Origin: Octopus bimaculoides | Taxonomy: Eukaryota | Reading direction: 5' to 3' | NCBI RefSeq assembly: GCF_001194135.2 | Contig: NC_068981.1 | Span: forward strand, 59,960,764-60,016,947 | Length of the DNA stretch: 56,184 nucleotides | Part shown: one piece after another, positions 1 to 11,652 of the stretch | Numbering within the stretch: position 1 is the stretch's first letter | How the letters are laid out: each line of letters begins with the position of its first letter | The notes under the pieces: model-generated | Database searches by the model: none | What the model was told of the DNA's origin: nothing | What the model saw: only the letters and a program-made list of their open reading frames with translations | Program-made: the position numbers and the translations under genes

Positions 1-115
1 GTACCAGACCTAATAAAAATAAGAACCGGGGTTGATTCGTTCTACTAAAGTTCTTCAAGGCCGTGCCCCCAATATAGCAGCAGTCTAATAGCTGAAACAA
101 GTAGAAGATAAAAGG
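1..115 (+). mobile_element. 3' part of a SINE, truncated by the window edge
   Basis: Same tail (ggggtcgat...gactgaaacaagtaaaagataaaag-type) as at 40670-40765 and, reversed, at 5441, 15451 and 17815. Confidence 0.6.
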
Positions 116-462
116 TAAATGGTATTAAGTTTTGTATAAAGACCGCGACTTGACGAATACATTATATTCCACCCAAGTAGTTAATCAACGTCATAAATAT
201 ACTAATGATTTATGTATTTAAGTGGTTGATCACATTTGTTAGCATTTTACTAGTGTTTCTACACACTTCATAAAAGAAGTAATACAAATACTAGCAATCT
301 TATCAAAGGGAAGAAACTCTGATATTAGTTGTCTAAATAAGCTCCCTTGCCACAAAAGAACCTTTCATTATTTGTAGCTAAACGGTGGTTTTAAAATTAT
401 TTTAAGTAACTGTAGTAATACTTTAAACATCTTACTGACTGGTTTAAAACATATTATTGACT

Positions 463-807
463 GGTGAGAGTGCATGGCTCAGTGGCTAGAACGTCGTGCT
501 CACAATCATGAGATAGTGAGTTCGATTCCCGGACAGGGTTGTGCGTTGTGCTCTTGAGCATGACACTTTATTTCGTATCGCTCCAGTTTACTCATCTGTA
601 GAAATGAGTTGTGACGTAATTAGTGCCACGCTGTATCGGCTTTTACCTTTCTCTTGGATAACATCGGTGGCGTGGAGAGGAGAGGCTGGTATGTATTGGT
701 TACTGCTGGTCTTCCATAAATAACCTTGCCCATACTTGTACATCGGAGTGGAACTCTGTAGATGCAATCCCATGGCCATTCATGATCGACGGGGATCTTT
801 ACTCTTT
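463..807 (+). mobile_element. tRNA-derived SINE with CORE-like central segment
   Basis: A box TGGCTCAGTGG (475-485) and B box GTTCGATTCC (520-529), then cttgagcatgacactt...cagtttactcatctgtagaaatgag. Related copies at 14112 (+) and 32360 (-). Confidence 0.75.
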
Positions 808-918
808 ATTACTGACTGGAAAATACAATTTGAATTGTTTTATAGATATCTTCAGGGTCAAGTAACTTTCTGTGACATACTTACTGAATACACGCATACA
901 TATATTACATAAGTGTGA

Positions 919-950
<32 letters not shown>

Positions 951-1026
951 CATCATAAATATACAGGGATTAGCAATTGAGTTGCTATATATATATATAT
1001 ATACAGAGAGAGAGAGAGAGAGAGAT

Positions 1027-1073
<47 letters not shown>

Positions 1074-1089
1074 AAATGCCACCGGAAAG

Positions 1090-1715
1090 TGCTGTTGTTT
1101 ACAACCGCCCTTCTCTTTTAGGTGTTAAAACTAGAGTAGAAAAGAGTTTTCTTAGCTTAGTAAACAAGCACGTCACCCGTACAAATAGATTCAGCAAAAT
1201 ATTTAAAAGACACACCCTGAGAATTTCCTGTGCACCTATTGTAAAAAGGATTTTAATAGCTAGGTCCACAGCTGAGATAGAGGCCGGATGCTCAGGTAAT
1301 GGTAATGCAGCATGTCCACTGAACGGTCACTACAACATGGAAACCGTCGTATACATGGCAGAGGGGACAACAATAGGACCAAATAGGCAATCAAACATAC
1401 GAAAGGACGTAGCAGCAACTTACGTCCCCTTCAGAACCGCTATAACAACCACAAATCTTCTTTTAACATCCTGGGGAGACGTAACGCCATAACCATATTG
1501 AAAGAAAGCCCACCAAACACAGCGTAATGTGGAAGATTCTAGAGAAATGTAAAAAGCGTACATCAGTAGGAGCAGGAAGTGCAGATTATGCTTGGCTGAG
1601 AAAAGAGCGATATTAAAGACATCCCAGCACCCAGACATTTACATAAATAACAAAAGTGCAATTTTTAATCCTTGCTCACATGAAAGGAAGTACATCCTAT
1701 CATACATGCAAGCCC
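1090..1715 (+). mobile_element. Decayed Penelope-like element 3' part (RT thumb/linker plus GIY-YIG endonuclease), Naiad-like type
   Basis: Across frames: YNRPSLLGVKTRVEKSFLSLVNKH..FSKIFKRHTLRIS, CPLNGH...VVY, KCRLCLAEKRAILK, NKSAIFNPCSHERKYIL. These match the NPP..N.KT..G..FL / CPL.G.C..VVY / C.LC..EK..I / N.RSE...CRH pattern; frameshifted. Confidence 0.75.
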
Positions 1716-2423
1716 CTTCATCACCAGTCCCCCCAACTTCGGCCCTCCACTATTACGTGAGAGCCCAGCAAAAAGTCTAATCAGAACATACACTAACGCA
1801 CCCAGAGACAAACAAACACGCCCCTGCACGACGGACACCCCATCCAATACACTTTTTCCACAACGGCCAATATAAGCTCCCTACACACACCACATGAATA
1901 CATAAATGTTCCACGAATTTAACGAAAAGATTAAAGAAAGAAAGCGCACTAACGAATACAGGCTATACATATAGTACCACTACATGAATTTAATCAAAAG
2001 ATAAAGGACAGGAAACGCAATAACGAACATAGACTATGCATATAGTACACCTACACACATTTCATTTGTATAAAATCACCAACCTTAAAGACACACACAT
2101 TTCCCACAAACTCTTTTCCAGAAAACTCGTAACAAAATCACCCCCAGAGACGATATTTTCGTACGAGGGGAAATAACTTTTAACTGAATCCCCTTCTCGA
2201 TTTGTTCCATCATCTTTTCCACAGTAACCACAAACCAGATGTGTCTATTCACCTCCAACAGTATAGAGCAGTTGTCATATTTTATTTCATAATGGCAAGC
2301 TCTGGGGAGCAGAGATTACATATCCGTTGAACCCCTAGTGCGAAACCGATTGGTAAGATCGGCTGTAATAGATATATAATACAGTGCACTTCGATTAATA
2401 TATATACATATACACACACACTG

Positions 2424-2425
<2 letters not shown>

Positions 2426-2454
<29 letters not shown>

Positions 2455-2713
2455 TGTATGTATGTATGCATGTATGTATGTATGTATGTATGTATGTATG
2501 TATGTATGTATGTGTGTATGTATGTATACGTTTCAGTTTATTTCAAGATTTCTTGCTAATAGAGAAAGATCCGGTTTCTAACCTAGATCCAAGTTTCCTT
2601 CATTGGTATTTCAACATCAACAACACGGTTTTTTTTATTTGTTTGTATGTATGTATGTATGTATGTATGTATGTATGTATGCATGCATGTATGCATGCAT
2701 GTATGTATGTATG

Positions 2714-2747
<34 letters not shown>

Positions 2748-2770
2748 TGTATGTTTGTATGTATGTATGT
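2426..2770. repeat. (TATG)n microsatellite tracts (others at 5355-5440, 17710-17815, 56065-56125)
   Basis: Direct inspection. Confidence 0.95.
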
Positions 2771-3095
2771 GCAGATTTCTATGTTTTATGTATGTGTTCT
2801 CATGCATATAGTTACATATCTAGACATGCTCATATATATTTAAATGATAATCTTCTGGAAAGTTTTACAGATTTTTACAATTCCAGTGATGGATAGGATC
2901 TGTAGTCTTCGAATTAGCTTTCTCCTGTCTTGTTTTGAGAAACGTAATTTCTCAAGATTGGAATTTAGGCAGTTTGTTATATATCAAATGGACCCAATAA
3001 TTATAGGCATAAACCTGAACTTGTAATATGGATAGAGTAACTGCAGATTTCTCAATAGTTTAGCATAAGTGTTCTCTTTTTCACTGATCTCCTTA
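2528..3095 (-). mobile_element. 3' end of an R4/Dong-like (RLE) non-LTR element, with a 3' UTR containing a (CATA)n tract
   Basis: Minus frame KEISEKENTYAKLLRNLQLLYPYYKFRFMPIIIGSI*YITNCLNSNLEKLRFSKQDRRKLIRRLQILSITGIVKICKTF resembles the RLE C-terminus (EK..KY..L...PI.IGA.G...LQ...L.G...I). Confidence 0.65.
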
Positions 3096-4451
3096 GATAG
3101 AGCAGAAATAACGATATGATCAAAACTAGTCAATCCATTTTTAAAGGTGTATTAGTTTTCATCATATCGTTATTTCTGTTCTATTTTAACAAATCTGTCC
3201 GACGAACGGGAACGTGAAACTCTGAGTAACAGCTTTTGTTATATTTCTGCTGCTTTTAAATAAAGTATATATNNNNNNNNNNNNNNNNNNNNNNNNNNNN
3301 NNNACGATTCTAAATATTCTATAACAACACACTAGGAAGAGAAAACCTAATTTTTTCCACGAAAAATGATCATAGATAGATATAATTCGAAAACTTTAAG
3401 TAACAGGTTCGTAACAGGCTCGAAACTGCAACTCCAAATTACGATACAATAATACCATTCATCTTCTCAAACACCAATTGCTGACGTCACCTCAGACAAA
3501 ACAAATGAAACTTTCCTTCTGGTCCGAACCGGACTCCCAGGAAAAAATAAATAAATAAAAAAGCAGTAACTTCTTAAGAGAACCAACCAACCGGAACGGT
3601 GTATGACTATCAGGCAAAAAACAGATTACCGAGTTCCTACAAGGAAGTCAACCAAGAAGAACGTTGAACTTTACCAAATTAAAAAAATATTGTTGTCCAA
3701 AACAGAAAATATTCTTCATTAAAATAAAGTGACGTTACACCATGAGAAAAGAATAAAGTATCAGCAAAATTATAGCCAATCAATAATTAGATCCTTTTTC
3801 GTAAAAAAGCATATGTATACTAAAAGATTACACAAATTATTCCAACAAACCGTAAAATGTGAAGAGGCCACTTCACTGAGAATGAAATTGAAAAAAAAAT
3901 ACAAGGAACTACATGCACCTCGACAGAAATTGTAACCCCACCTTTTTTGTCTTTCTCCCTTTTTGTCTTTCTTCACTTATTTTATAAAGACTCAATATGA
4001 CTGGACTCTCAATATTATACATCTGTTATGATCTTCGTCGAACGTTTACATTGATATTATTATCGATCCCTGTGAACCTCATTAAAATTTCTGTGAACAT
4101 TTGAACATTTGATGGTTAAAACATGTTTGTCCAATTTTTACTTTGTGATTCTTAAACTCTCCTAAAATATTTCAAAAATATATCGATAAGCAAAAAATTG
4201 TCGAAACTAGTTTGGTATGTAGATAAATATATTTAAGAACGACTACACGCTTTTCAGATTCAGTTGCATGTTCAAACCTCGAAACAAATCTCCTATATAT
4301 ATGCATCCTTTTCCAAGTAAGTTTTATCTTAATAATTACGATGCACACTCTTCTACTATCTCTTCTCTGTCTATCTCTCTCGCTCTCTTGTTCTTCATCC
4401 TTTCTGTTTTTCTCTCCCACCCTTTCCATATTCTTCTCTCCCTTTCACTGT

Positions 4452-4508
<57 letters not shown>

Positions 4509-4709
4509 TCCTCCTTGACTCTCTCGTCGCTAACACGTGACGAGAGGGGCTCTGTCTTTCTGTCCACTTCCTTTCTAAAGAAAGGACGTGTATTTTCCTG
4601 TCGTCTCATGGCTCGTCTACCTAGCGTTCATAAACAATTTTCTATCGCCTTGGCTCAACAGGCTCACCGTTTGTTTTTACTGTCTTGTTCTCACTGTCCT
4701 GTTCTTGTT

Positions 4710-5283
4710 NNNNNNNNNNNNNNNNNNNNNNNNNNNNNNNNNNNNNNNNNNNNNNNNNNNNNNNNNNNNNNNNNNNNNNNNNNNNNNNNNNNNNNNNNNN
4801 NNNNNNNNNNNNNNNNNNNNNNNNNNNNNNNNNNNNNNNNNNNNNNNNNNNNNNNNNNNNNNNNNNNNNNNNNNNNNNNNNNNNNNNNNNNNNNNNNNNN
4901 NNNNNNNNNNNNNNNNNNNNNNNNNNNNNNNNNNNNNNNNNNNNNNNNNNNNNNNNNNNNNNNNNNNNNNNNNNNNNNNNNNNNNNNNNNNNNNNNNNNN
5001 NNNNNNNNNNNNNNNNNNNNNNNNNNNNNNNNNNNNNNNNNNNNNNNNNNNNNNNNNNNNNNNNNNNNNNNNNNNNNNNNNNNNNNNNNNNNNNNNNNNN
5101 NNNNNNNNNNNNNNNNNNNNNNNNNNNNNNNNNNNNNNNNNNNNNNNNNNNNNNNNNNNNNNNNNNNNNNNNNNNNNNNNNNNNNNNNNNNNNNNNNNNN
5201 NNNNNNNNNNNNNNNNNNNNNNNNNNNNNNNNNNNNNNNNNNNNNNNNNNNNNNNNNNNNNNNNNNNNNNNNNNNNNNNNNNN
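4710..5283. other. Assembly gap (one of many N runs, mostly adjoining microsatellites)
   Basis: Run of N. Confidence 1.
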
Positions 5284-5440
5284 AAACAAACAACAGACGA
5301 AGAGAGGTGGTGTTGAAAACAAATAGATGTATTAGTATAACGCTCGGGAATTGAATGTATGTATGTATCCATGTATGTATGCATGCAATGCATGCATGCA
5401 TGTATGTATGTATGTATGTATGTATGTATGTATGTATGTA

Positions 5441-5560
5441 TTCTTTTTTTCATTTTCTTATCGTTTCAGTTGACTGCGGTCATGCTGGAGCACCGCCTTA
5501 AAGAGCTGTTTAGTTGAAGAAATCGACCCCAGGACTTATTCTCTATAAGTTTATTCTCTA
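5441..5560 (-). mobile_element. SINE 3' tail fragment
   Basis: Reverse complement of the tail seen at 1-115 and 40670-40765; abuts (TATG)n. Confidence 0.6.
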
Positions 5561-6394
5561 TCGTGTGTAGAGGTTTCCTTTATACATGCTGCATGAATGA
5601 TAATATTTTCAACCGAGACATTACAACTTCATCTATGTCTATTCACTTGATTGCTAATAATTAGACAGACAGCGTGAAATTTCGAATGAGAGGACTAATC
5701 GATTACATCTTCCCTACCCCGAATGTACGAAAACCAATCTCAACCTCGGTAAAATTTGAAATCAGAACATCAAGACCCTTAAACATAGCATCCATAAAAT
5801 AGTATAGTCGCATATGTTGCAGGGGGAATTACTCGTGCAGAGTTGCTTCCCTTAGATTTCAAATAAATCACAATGAAATCGGAAAAAGCCAAGTGGGTAG
5901 AGGCTATCATGCGGCCGTAATTACGCCTGGGTTCAATTTCAACAGGGCACCTCAGTTTTAAAAGATTTTATCTAATACATCCGATTTTAAACATGTGATT
6001 TTGGGTCAGTGTGTTTGAATGCATTACCTTTAGAGGAATGTAAAAAATTTATGCGTAACAGTATTCCAAAAAATTCATGAAAAACTAAGTTTGAATTTTA
6101 TAACGAAAGGAAATACGTGGAAATGTCCTTAGAAATGTCCAAGTAGACGCAGTTACTGTCACGAACTTAGATACTGTAGTCCTAGACATACTCATGAAAC
6201 AATGAGTGGTCATTAAGGAATTCCTTTAATCATAGATCAACTCTCAATCAGCGCTTATATGATAAGCACAAACACAAAAAAGTTACTGAAAAATAGATCT
6301 GCAGGACTAATGTTTGCATTAAGCAAAGCTCGGATTTCGAGTAAAAGGAAGTTACTTTTACTCGATCTTCACAAATGCACGAGATCAATAAATA

Positions 6395-6584
6395 TTCTTT
6401 TCTGCTCTAGGCAAAAGGTTCGAAATTTTTCAGGAGGGGGCCAGTCGATGAGATCGACCTCGGTACGCAACTGGTACTTAATTAATCGACTCCGAAAGGA
6501 AATTGAATTCAGAACATAAAGACAGACGAAATACCGGTTAGCTTTTCGCCTGGCGTGCTAATGTTTCTACCAGCTCGCCGCCTT
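6395..6584 (-). mobile_element. tRNA-derived SINE (ggcggcgagctggcag family)
   Basis: Same family as 10953-11150, 32915-33358 and 40361-40560. Confidence 0.7.
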
Positions 6585-7169
6585 GAGATTAATAAATGTT
6601 GCTTGAACTATGAGTCCACTACTGGTTATGTGAATAAGGCTGTCTGTTAATTCTTTTAGCATAGCAGCAACCGTCACACAACTAAGCGAGGCGACCACGC
6701 TTACAGCACCCACTGCATAAGAATTTAATCCTTGGATTTCATTAACCGAATTAAATATATCACATTTATCGTACTGACTATTTTCTTCCGCTTCTGTGTC
6801 TATCTAAATGCATCAAATAATATTATACAAAAGCAAAAAAAGTTAATATATATTACATGCAATAAATCCAATTTATTTACTGAAAGCCTAGGATTAACTC
6901 CATTATTATTCTGTGCTCTTCATTTCTGTCTGGAAAGAATCCTTTGCATTCAGTTCGAATCATTTAATTTTGGTTTTCTTCGTAGATTTAAAACTTAAAG
7001 CCATCAACAAAGACAGAAGTAACTATACCATTCAGCAAGAGGAAGGGGAAGTTTAAGGAAATGATGCAACAAAGTTATTACAAAGAATAACTCTTAGCCA
7101 GAATTATAGAAAAGAAACGGACGACGTACGTGAGAATCTTTTAGATCACTGAACTTCAAAGTACACCAT

Positions 7170-7560
7170 TAGATAATATTCATTATAATGTACGAGAACA
7201 CTGCTGTCCATACCATTCGTATAGCTGCAAACAACGCATTTCAAAAAGTCGTAATCTGTGTTTCTCTTCAGGTTCTAGGTTTCCCGTTTTCGCAGCTTAA
7301 GTTGTGACGTAAAGAAAAAGAACGTTGTATAATCAAATTCTGAGTTGTTTTTATCATACCTGTTTTAGACAAAGTTTTTCAGACTTCCAAATGCCGTAAT
7401 GGCAATGCTAACGGTTTTTCATATCTTCTGATTCATTCCGTACTGTGATGTCGGGAAACACCAAGTCTGCTATGGACTTCATTTCAGAACCATCCAGTGT
7501 GATTACTGTTTTTACATACTGCGTCTAGAGGAAGAGGTAGTGCTGTTTCATGTCTTCTGA
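7170..7560 (-). mobile_element. Highly decayed RTE-like LINE fragment
   Basis: Minus-strand HRLRLFEMRCLQ resembles the post-RT RTE motif (L..FEM.C.R). Confidence 0.35.
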
Positions 7561-7589
7561 GATTGATGATGTTTAGACTGTTAATGCTT

Positions 7590-7885
7590 CGTTTAAACTG
7601 TTACAGATCAGTAGCTCCGAGAAAAATGGCTGGGAAAAGAGAATAGATGACCGATATTCTAATAGGAAGGACCGTAAATAGCAGTTGGTGCTGGGGCAGG
7701 GGTTAGCAGTAAATGACGAGTGGGGGAGAGGCGTCTTGAGTGGATAAGATAAGAGTAAAGCAAGCTTCGAGGAACAGAGAGCACTTGAGTAGAAATAGAA
7801 ACGACAGAAAGTGACATCAAGCCTGTAGGCCAGGGGCTGTAGGGTGTCCATGAGCCGTTGAATGTCGAATGCTTCTTCTGTGGAG
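7590..7885 (-). mobile_element. L2/Crack/CR1-like LINE ORF2 C-terminal fragment
   Basis: LQPLAYRLDVTFCRFYFYSSALCSSKLA...FFSELLICNSL matches LQPL..RR.V.....FY.Y....CS.EL...SFF......WNSLP. Confidence 0.6.
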
Positions 7886-7892
7886 GTAACAT

Positions 7893-8296
7893 ATAGAAAA
7901 GAGACATTGGTTTGAATGGGAAATATGATGAAATAATTATTCTTGGAAGAATATAATACACCTATTTTCATATTAATTGTTATTAGATTACGATTATTAG
8001 ATTAAATTGTTATTAGATTAACAGTTTTATAGTGTTAGTAAATAAATACTTTTGGTTATTTCAAGTTGTAATTGCATGTGGGTCAACAGCATTTTTTATC
8101 ATGAAAGTCTTAATAATATATCTTAATTCTGGCAAGCAAAGTCGACCTCGAGGGCATTTGAACTCAAAACACAAAGACTCATAAGAAATAACTGCTGAAT
8201 ATTTTCCCCGGTGAAATAACGATTCTGCCAGCTCGTCGCAAGTAGTTTATTAATATAAGAAAGTAAAAGGCGGCGAGCTGGCAGAAACGTTAGCAC
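7893..8296 (+). repeat. Copy A of a ~400-bp local duplication (copy B at 10596-10980)
   Basis: Direct alignment from tagaaaag.acattggtttgaat through gcagaaacgttagca; about 90% identity by eye with small indels. Copy A ends at an N gap. Confidence 0.9.
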
Positions 8297-9876
8297 NNNN
8301 NNNNNNNNNNNNNNNNNNNNNNNNNNNNNNNNNNNNNNNNNNNNNNNNNNNNNNNNNNNNNNNNNNNNNNNNNNNNNNNNNNNNNNNNNNNNNNNNNNNN
8401 NNNNNNNNNNNNNNNNNNNNNNNNNNNNNNNNNNNNNNNNNNNNNNNNNNNNNNNNNNNNNNNNNNNNNNNNNNNNNNNNNNNNNNNNNNNNNNNNNNNN
8501 NNNNNNNNNNNNNNNNNNNNNNNAGAGAGAGAGAGAGAGAAAAGTGAGAGAAGCAGTTTTAGCTGAGGAAATAACTACATACGTGAAAACAGGTTATTGC
8601 TGTGCCTCTAAGGGACTATGTATTTCATTTATATTTTTGATGTGTTGACTCTCCATTTCAGAATGATGTCTCTTTGGCCATGTAGTTCTCCTCCAATGAT
8701 GAGAGCAGTTTGGCTGCATTTAGGTGCATTGAAAAGACATATAAGTTATCCAAAAGGCCCCTTGATTTTACCTATGGTAATGTGAATAATTAATTCGGCT
8801 CAGACTCCAATGCCTTATGATCCAAAATAGTCAAATGGGATAAATGCGCATAATGACACACGACATCTCTGGACAGATACTGGAAAATTAATAAACCCGA
8901 TGAAATTCCACTCATCCTAAGTCATCATCACTTTGGACCAAAGGTAACAGCTTCAATGTGTTTACAAACAAGTGGATCCTTCTTTTTGGAAATCTGCTGT
9001 TTGGACAGTTTTCCAAAATCTTGTTACAAGCTGGAGAGAATGAAGATTTCCTTCTGACAGTAATAGAATAATTGATCCATTTCTTACAACCGCTCTTGTT
9101 TAAACAACGAACGAATTGGTATCGAAGTTGTTTGGTAGCATCTAACATTATCAGCCAGCAAACAAGTGGCTGTGCGAAAGAGCCATACTTGCACTCAAAA
9201 TGCTACTATAAATAGCATCAACAAGTAGTCGATGTAAGCACTTCCAAGAAAGAGTCATGCTTACAATCGATAGAAAACTGTTGAAGACAAAAAACAAAAA
9301 AATTACTATCCTGTAGAATTTAAAATTCCTTGAAACTTTCAGTTCTACTGCCACACAGAGGCTTGTTATTAGACTACCGACAATAAAACTGCCGCGTAAT
9401 TTAGATTAACCAAAGCAATGCATATCTGCTATTATATTCGCAAACTACATTTACAAATAGATTAGTCATTTCGATTTTTGGAGAGATACTTCAGTTTTCA
9501 CTGTAACTGAGATTTGCTATGTTAATCGATGAATTCCAAGAGCAAACATTAAAAGTTCCAGCACGATCAAAAATCTTCTAATGGTCCAGGCTATCGCATG
9601 TAGAATGTTCAAGGGTTAGAAATACCCCTAATCAACGTAATTTCCTGTTTTCAAGACAAAAATGCATTTTGTATCCTGGACTACTGAAGTAAATGTGAAG
9701 ATTAACCGACCTTAAAATGGAGATTGATCTAATAACATGAGGAGGTGGTCATCGTACTTCTAAATGCATTTTCTTTATAACTGCAAGTATTTTATTTCCC
9801 GACAACGGGCTGCGCGGGTTCCGCCAGGACATTCTGGTTTCACTCGTTATATGAACATTTATACATTTCTATGCAG

Positions 9877-9981
<105 letters not shown>

Positions 9982-10133
9982 TATATATATTTGACAGGAA
10001 GGACAACAAAAGAAAGAAAGAGACCTCGATATTATGCAAATAGAGGAATTTATCTGTAAATGTTGAAAGACTTACGAAATTTTAATTATATATATATATG
10101 TGTATGCGAGTGTGTGTGTGTGAGTATGTGTGA

Positions 10134-10175
<42 letters not shown>

Positions 10176-10595
10176 TGTGTTTGTGTATGAGCACGGTTAC
10201 ATAAACCGTTTTGTTTGAGAATATATATACATCTCGTGATTCTCTCCATTTAGTATCACTATGTCTACGTGTATAGAAAAATTATAGATGCAGCATCTGG
10301 TATGTTGTTGATGAATAAGAAAGGACGACGTTGTACGACTGTGGGCTAAGGTATATGTTCAGGTCTATGGAGAGGTCTTCAAGGAAGCGATGGTATTGAT
10401 CAAACTATTGGTTTTCGATTGATCTTGGTAAAGGACGATATTTGAAGATGCTGTGTAATCGAATTTATGCGAGGAAAAAGTAGTTGTGAACTTTATGTTT
10501 AGTGCTAAACTAGCATTTTCTTTGCAGAAAGAATGCCAAGACAATCTTACATACATGCCATTCAATGAAATATTAATATTGGAATTGAATAGTTC

Positions 10596-10980
10596 TAGAA
10601 AAGAAACATTGGTTTGAATAGGAAATATGATGAAATAATTATTCTTGGAAGAATATAATACACCTATTTTCATATTAATTGTTATTAGATTACGATGTTA
10701 TTATAACAGTTTTATAATGTAAGTAAATAAATACTTTTGATTATTTTGAGTTGTAGTTGCATGTGGGTCAACAACGTCTTTTATCATTAAAGTCTTATTA
10801 ATATATCTTAATTCTAGCAAGCAAAGTCGACTTCGAAGGCATTTGAATTCAGAACACAAAGACTCATAAGAAATAGCAGCTGAGTATTTTTCCCGGTGAA
10901 ATAACGATTCTGCCAGCTCGTCGCAAGTAGTTTATTAATATAAAGAAAAAAAAGGCAGCGAGCTGGCAGAAACGTTAGCA
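10596..10980 (+). repeat. Copy B of the ~400-bp local duplication
   Basis: See copy A. The ORF track shows an identical MKIGVLYSSKNNYFIIFPIQTNVSF start in both copies. Confidence 0.9.
10821..10925 (-). mobile_element. SINE 5' half, head-to-head with the next SINE
   Basis: Reverse complement begins gcgacgagctggcagaatcgtt...gttctgaattcaaat...gtcgactttgc. Confidence 0.7.
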
Positions 10981-11150
10981 CGTCGGGCGAAATTCTTAGC
11001 AACATTTCGTCTGTCTTTACGTTCTGAGTTCAAATTCTTCCGAGGTCGACTGTCGGAGTCTCTTCGGAGTCGATGTTGCGTGCTGGGGTCAATTTAATCG
11101 ATTGGCCCCTCTCCCAAAATTTTGGGCCTTGTGCCTAGAGTAGAAAAGGA
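10953..11150 (+). mobile_element. tRNA-derived SINE
   Basis: ggcagcgagctggcagaaacgttagcacg...gagttcaaattc...gggccttgtgcctagagtagaaaag. Confidence 0.75.
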
Positions 11151-11614
11151 TATAAGAAAGAAAAATTATTTAGGGTCACCTCACTTCGTTAATCATTCAC
11201 TTATAATAAATGTTTTTCTTTCATCGTAGAATTAATAAAGAAGTATTTGGCTATTATGTTTTTAATGAAGATCACAACCGCGAATGATTGGTTTGAGATT
11301 ATTAATAATTACCTGGGAATTGCTTCGTCACCATGCAGGAGAACTAGAGACATGTATGACGATTCTCTGGCAACCGGGAAGCTGATAACCTGAGTCAAGC
11401 GCCTTTCATAAGGTCATTAAAAATGTCACGTTCTATTAATTAATGCTATGGTTTTCTATGCCATATTTTAATGTTCTACACTTGGTATTAGACAATTCGC
11501 TTCTAGCTAGTAGACATCTAAATCAATAGAAATTCTCGTTATTCGGAATAAATTCTGTCTATACTTTAATGTATATTCTCACGTCTCTATCTTTTGATAT
11601 GTATTTCTCCCAGC

Positions 11615-11652
<38 letters not shown>

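Noticed and set aside
463-540. tRNA-like segments here and at 14112, 26081 and 39264
   Set aside because: They lack complete acceptor stems and continue into repeat bodies, so they are SINE heads rather than tRNA genes.
4505-5352. Pyrimidine-rich segment with a small hairpin (about 4520-4547) that may be a PLE terminal region
   Set aside because: The diagnostic part would fall in the gap, so it cannot be supported.
4341-5453. Long ORFs spanning N runs and microsatellites (also at 15.6-16.2, 42.3-42.7, 46.3-47.0 and 53.7-54.3 kb)
   Set aside because: Artefacts of assembly gaps and stop-free simple repeats.
8662-8777. Plus-strand exon-like segment (MMSLWPCSS...)
   Set aside because: The opposite strand looks like decayed LINE RT (GLLDNL...LNAAK); no independent support.
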